NCBI GenBank assembly: GCA_963785235.1
Contig: CAWAUM010000012.1
Location: 192,001 to 256,000 of the forward strand
DNA length: 64,000 bases
Reading direction: 5' to 3'
Source of the DNA: an uncultured delta proteobacterium
Lineage (GTDB): Bacteria; Desulfobacterota; Desulfomonilia; UBA1062
A program made the position numbers and the translations under genes. This document shows positions 61,244-64,000 of the stretch, piece after piece. The notes beneath the pieces were generated by a model. That model did not search any database, was not told the DNA's origin, and saw only the letters and a program-made list of their open reading frames with translations. Within the stretch, counting starts at the first letter, position 1; each line of letters starts with the position of its first letter.

Positions 61244-61929
61244 ACGCCTTTCACCTCATCGCCTATCACCTTCCCGTCCAGGAAATGGATTCTCCGTTTG
61301 CTGTATGCCGCGATATCCTGTTCATGCGTGACGAGGATGATGGTTATGCCTGAGTCACTGTTGAGCTTTACAAAAAGGTCCATGATCTCCATCGAGGTCT
61401 TTGTGTCAAGGTTTCCGGTGGGCTCGTCCGCAAAGATGAGAGGCGCATCGTTGACAAGCGCCCGCGCAATGGCCACCCGCTGCTGCTGCCCTCCGGAGAG
61501 CTGATTCGGGTGGTGGCGCTCCCTGCCCTCGAGACCCAGGGATTTCAGGGCCGCAAGGGCACGTTTCTTTCTCTGTGCGGCCGGGACGGCATTGTAGAGC
61601 ATGGGCAGCTCCACATTCTCCAGGGCAGTAGACCTGGCAAGGAGGTTGAACCCCTGAAAGACAAAGCCGATCTTCCGGCTCCGGATATCCGCCAGGTCAT
61701 CGGACGTCAGGCCGCCTATATCCACTCCGTCAAGGCGATAGGTACCGCTGGTGGGCTTGTCCAGACAGCCCACAACATTCATGAAGGTGGATTTGCCGGA
61801 CCCCGATGGACCCATGATGGCAACGAACTCTCCATGCCCGATGCTCAAGGTGACCCCGTCCAGGGCGTGGACAGGACTGTCTCCCACATCATAAATCTTG
61901 AAGAGGTCCAGAGTTTCTATCAGTGCCAT
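61240..61929 (-). CDS. MacB/LolD-type ABC ATP-binding protein
   Basis: GPSGSGKST, LSGGQQQR, ADEPTGNLD, VTH. Confidence 0.95.
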   Translation of the reverse strand: MALIETLDLFKIYDVGDSPVHALDGVTLSIGHGEFVAIMGPSGSGKSTFMNVVGCLDKPTSGTYRLDGVDIGGLTSDDLADIRSRKIGFVFQGFNLLARSTALENVELPMLYNAVPAAQRKKRALAALKSLGLEGRERHHPNQLSGGQQQRVAIARALVNDAPLIFADEPTGNLDTKTSMEIMDLFVKLNSDSGITIILVTHEQDIAAYSKRRIHFLDGKVIGDEVKGV

Positions 61930-63115
61930 CAGTGGAACATCCTCGGGGAGCGGCTTGACTGGGTATCATTATTCTGTCCAACAATCGACACGATGACCTC
62001 CTGGCCTTCCTTGAGCTGACCGGAAACAACCTCGGTAAAAGAGCCATCGCTTATGCCTGCGGTTATTTTCACCTGCTTGGGTTTGTTCTTCTCAAGAATC
62101 CAGATCGCCGGCCCTTTATTCCCTGTAGCGCGCTTCTTGGGGGTGTTCGTGGATCCGTCTCCTTCAGCCTGCGGGCGGAAGCGCAATGCACTGTTGGGCA
62201 CCAGCAAAACCCCTTTCCTGCTGTCAGTAATGATGGAAACATTGGCAGTCATACCGGGCTTGAGTTTAAGCTCGGCATTGTTCACCTGTACAATCACATC
62301 ATAGGTAACAACGTTCTGCACCGTGGTGGGGGCATTGCGTACCTCGGACACCTTGCCGGTAAAATTCATATCAGGATAGGCATCCACGGTAAAGTCGTAC
62401 ATCCTGATTCACCTTCACCTTGCCTATATCCGCTTCATCCACGCTCGTGTCGATCTGCATCTTGGTGAGGTCTTCGGCAATAGTGAAGAGTGTCGGGGTC
62501 TGGAAGCTTGCGGCGACCGTCTGGCCGACATCGATGCTCCGGGAGATGACCGTTCCGTTTACCGGGGAAACGATTCTCGTATACCTCAGACTGGTCTGAG
62601 CCTGGCTCAATGCAGCCCGGCCCTGGAGGACCTGGGCCTTTGCTGCGTCAAGTTGTGCATCGGCGGCCTGGGCATTGGTTTCGGAAGTGTCCAGGTCGCT
62701 TTGGGCTATGAAATCCTTGGCTACTGAGCTGTTTGTTACGCTCATATGTCCGCCGTGCATCCAGAAGGGAGGCCTGGGCCTTTTTGAGATTGGCCTCGGC
62801 GCTGAGAAGGCTCGCCACTGCCTGGTCCACCTGGGCCTGGATCGTTGCAGGATCGATCTGCGCCAGGAGCTGGCCCTTTTTTACCGGGGAATTGTAGTCC
62901 ACATACAATGCATTGATCGTCCCCGAGACCTGTGTTCCTACAAGTACGGTCGTGACTGCATTGACTGTACCCGTAGCCGTTACCTTGGCATCAAGGTCAC
63001 CCTTCTGTGCCGTGGCTGTCTTGTACTGGGGTTTGCCATTCTCTTTCTTTATCAGGTACCACGCGCCCATGGCCGCGATGAGAATTATCAATCCACCTAT
63101 AAGAACCTTCTTCAC
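61929..63115 (-). CDS. MacA-type periplasmic adaptor (frameshifts near 62720 and 62400)
   Basis: VKKVLIGG TM, V.VGTQVSG, SPVNG.V, GQTVAASFQTPTLF, LKPGMTANV. Confidence 0.88.
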
Positions 63116-64000
63116 TGTTTGACCCCCATGGCCTTTTCCAGGTTTGCAATGGCCAGCCGGTAGTAAATACAGGGCATTGGTATAGGCGGTCTTTGAATTG
63201 ATCTCCAATACAACAGCATCGGCCACCTCGATGCTGTTCCCCACACCGGCCGCATACCGCCCCTGCGCCAGCTCGCGGTTCTCCTTGGCCTGCACCACGC
63301 TCACCTCTGCCAGCACTATCCCCTCCCTGGCATCATTGAGATTATAATAGGCCTGCTCCACATCAAACCTGATGCCCTGCCGGATGTTGTCCTCGTTCGA
63401 CCTTGCCACCTCCAGGTTGGCCCGGGCCTCTTCCACCTGGGACCGCGTGAGGAAACCGCTGAACAGCGGGAAGTTAAGCGCTGCCCCTACGGTCCACTGC
63501 TTATCCAGCGGAAAATCCTGGCCTGTCCACCCATACCCCGCATTGCCCGAGAGCACCGGATAGTACCCTGTCCGGGCCAGGTCTATGGACCGCTCGGCAG
63601 CCTCACGCTTCGCTGTGGCAGAGGCCAGGTCCGGCCTTGCATCATAGCCCCTCTTCAGTGCCGTGGCCAGGTCAATGGGGTAATCCTGGTAGGCCATGCT
63701 GTCCTTCACTTCATAGCCCGGAGCATCCGGCACCCCCATGGCGTTGTTCAGAGAAATCCTCGCAATGCGCAGCGCATTGTCCGCCTTGAGCAGGTTGAGC
63801 CTTGCCTGGCTCAGATCCACCTCTGCCTTTGTCACATCGATCTTCGGCTTTGTCCCCACCTCGTAGAATCTCTTGGCCTGATCCAGGTGCTGCCGGAACT
63901 GCACTACCTCCTGGGCATAGGCATCCCTGCTCTGCATGGACTGGATTATGCTGTAGTAGGCCTGTTTGACCCCAAGGACGATCTGGCTCTGCGTATAATC
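63112..64000 (-). CDS. TolC family outer membrane efflux protein (5' truncated; frameshift near 63165)
   Basis: RFYEVG..PK.DV, RPDL, PLFSG, RY.AGV...EV.DA; true end ...AMGVKQ* overlaps the adaptor start. Confidence 0.88.

Noticed and set aside
62648-63937. TolC-MacA fusion ORF
   Set aside because: Created by a frameshift near 63165; the natural TolC stop overlaps a GTG start of the adaptor (GTGA at 63112-63115).
1-64000. CRISPR array, cas genes, transposases, prophage or defence systems
   Set aside because: No regularly spaced direct repeats and no recognisable protein motifs for these.

Overview
Chromosomal segment, mostly housekeeping, of an anaerobic deltaproteobacterium-like organism (Desulfobacterota/Desulfomonilia/Syntrophales-like, inferred from gene content). 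It carries a PAS hybrid kinase with a REC-HDOD regulator, a DEAD-box helicase, hslO, redox and acyl-CoA enzymes, rdgC, rlmB, fdhD, a PEP-CTERM/prsK/prsR locus, priA, tRNA-Ser(GCT), a complete trpEGDCFBA operon with a Trp-Trp-Trp leader attenuator, fbp-fba-rpoZ-dnaJ and a MacAB-TolC-type exporter. Several genes carry small frameshifts that look like read errors. The best candidate for a new system is a four-gene operon at 43350-46050 (HEAT-repeat protein, ParA ATPase, coiled-coil protein, small coiled-coil protein). It closely resembles the myxobacterial PomY-PomZ-PomX division-site positioning system, but sits in a non-myxobacterial context, has a PomY-like protein with no disordered tail, and has an extra fourth gene. 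Other notable items: a PEP-CTERM protein with Cys-Gln thioester-domain motifs; PrsR-type boxes upstream of, downstream of (inside terminators) and divergent from the PEP-CTERM genes; a dispersed intergenic repeat family with long perfect hairpins and mirrored substitutions; and a sigma54-driven orphan atpI/atpZ gene pair. No CRISPR array, integrase or transposase was seen. All comparisons to reference proteins are from memory, not database searches.
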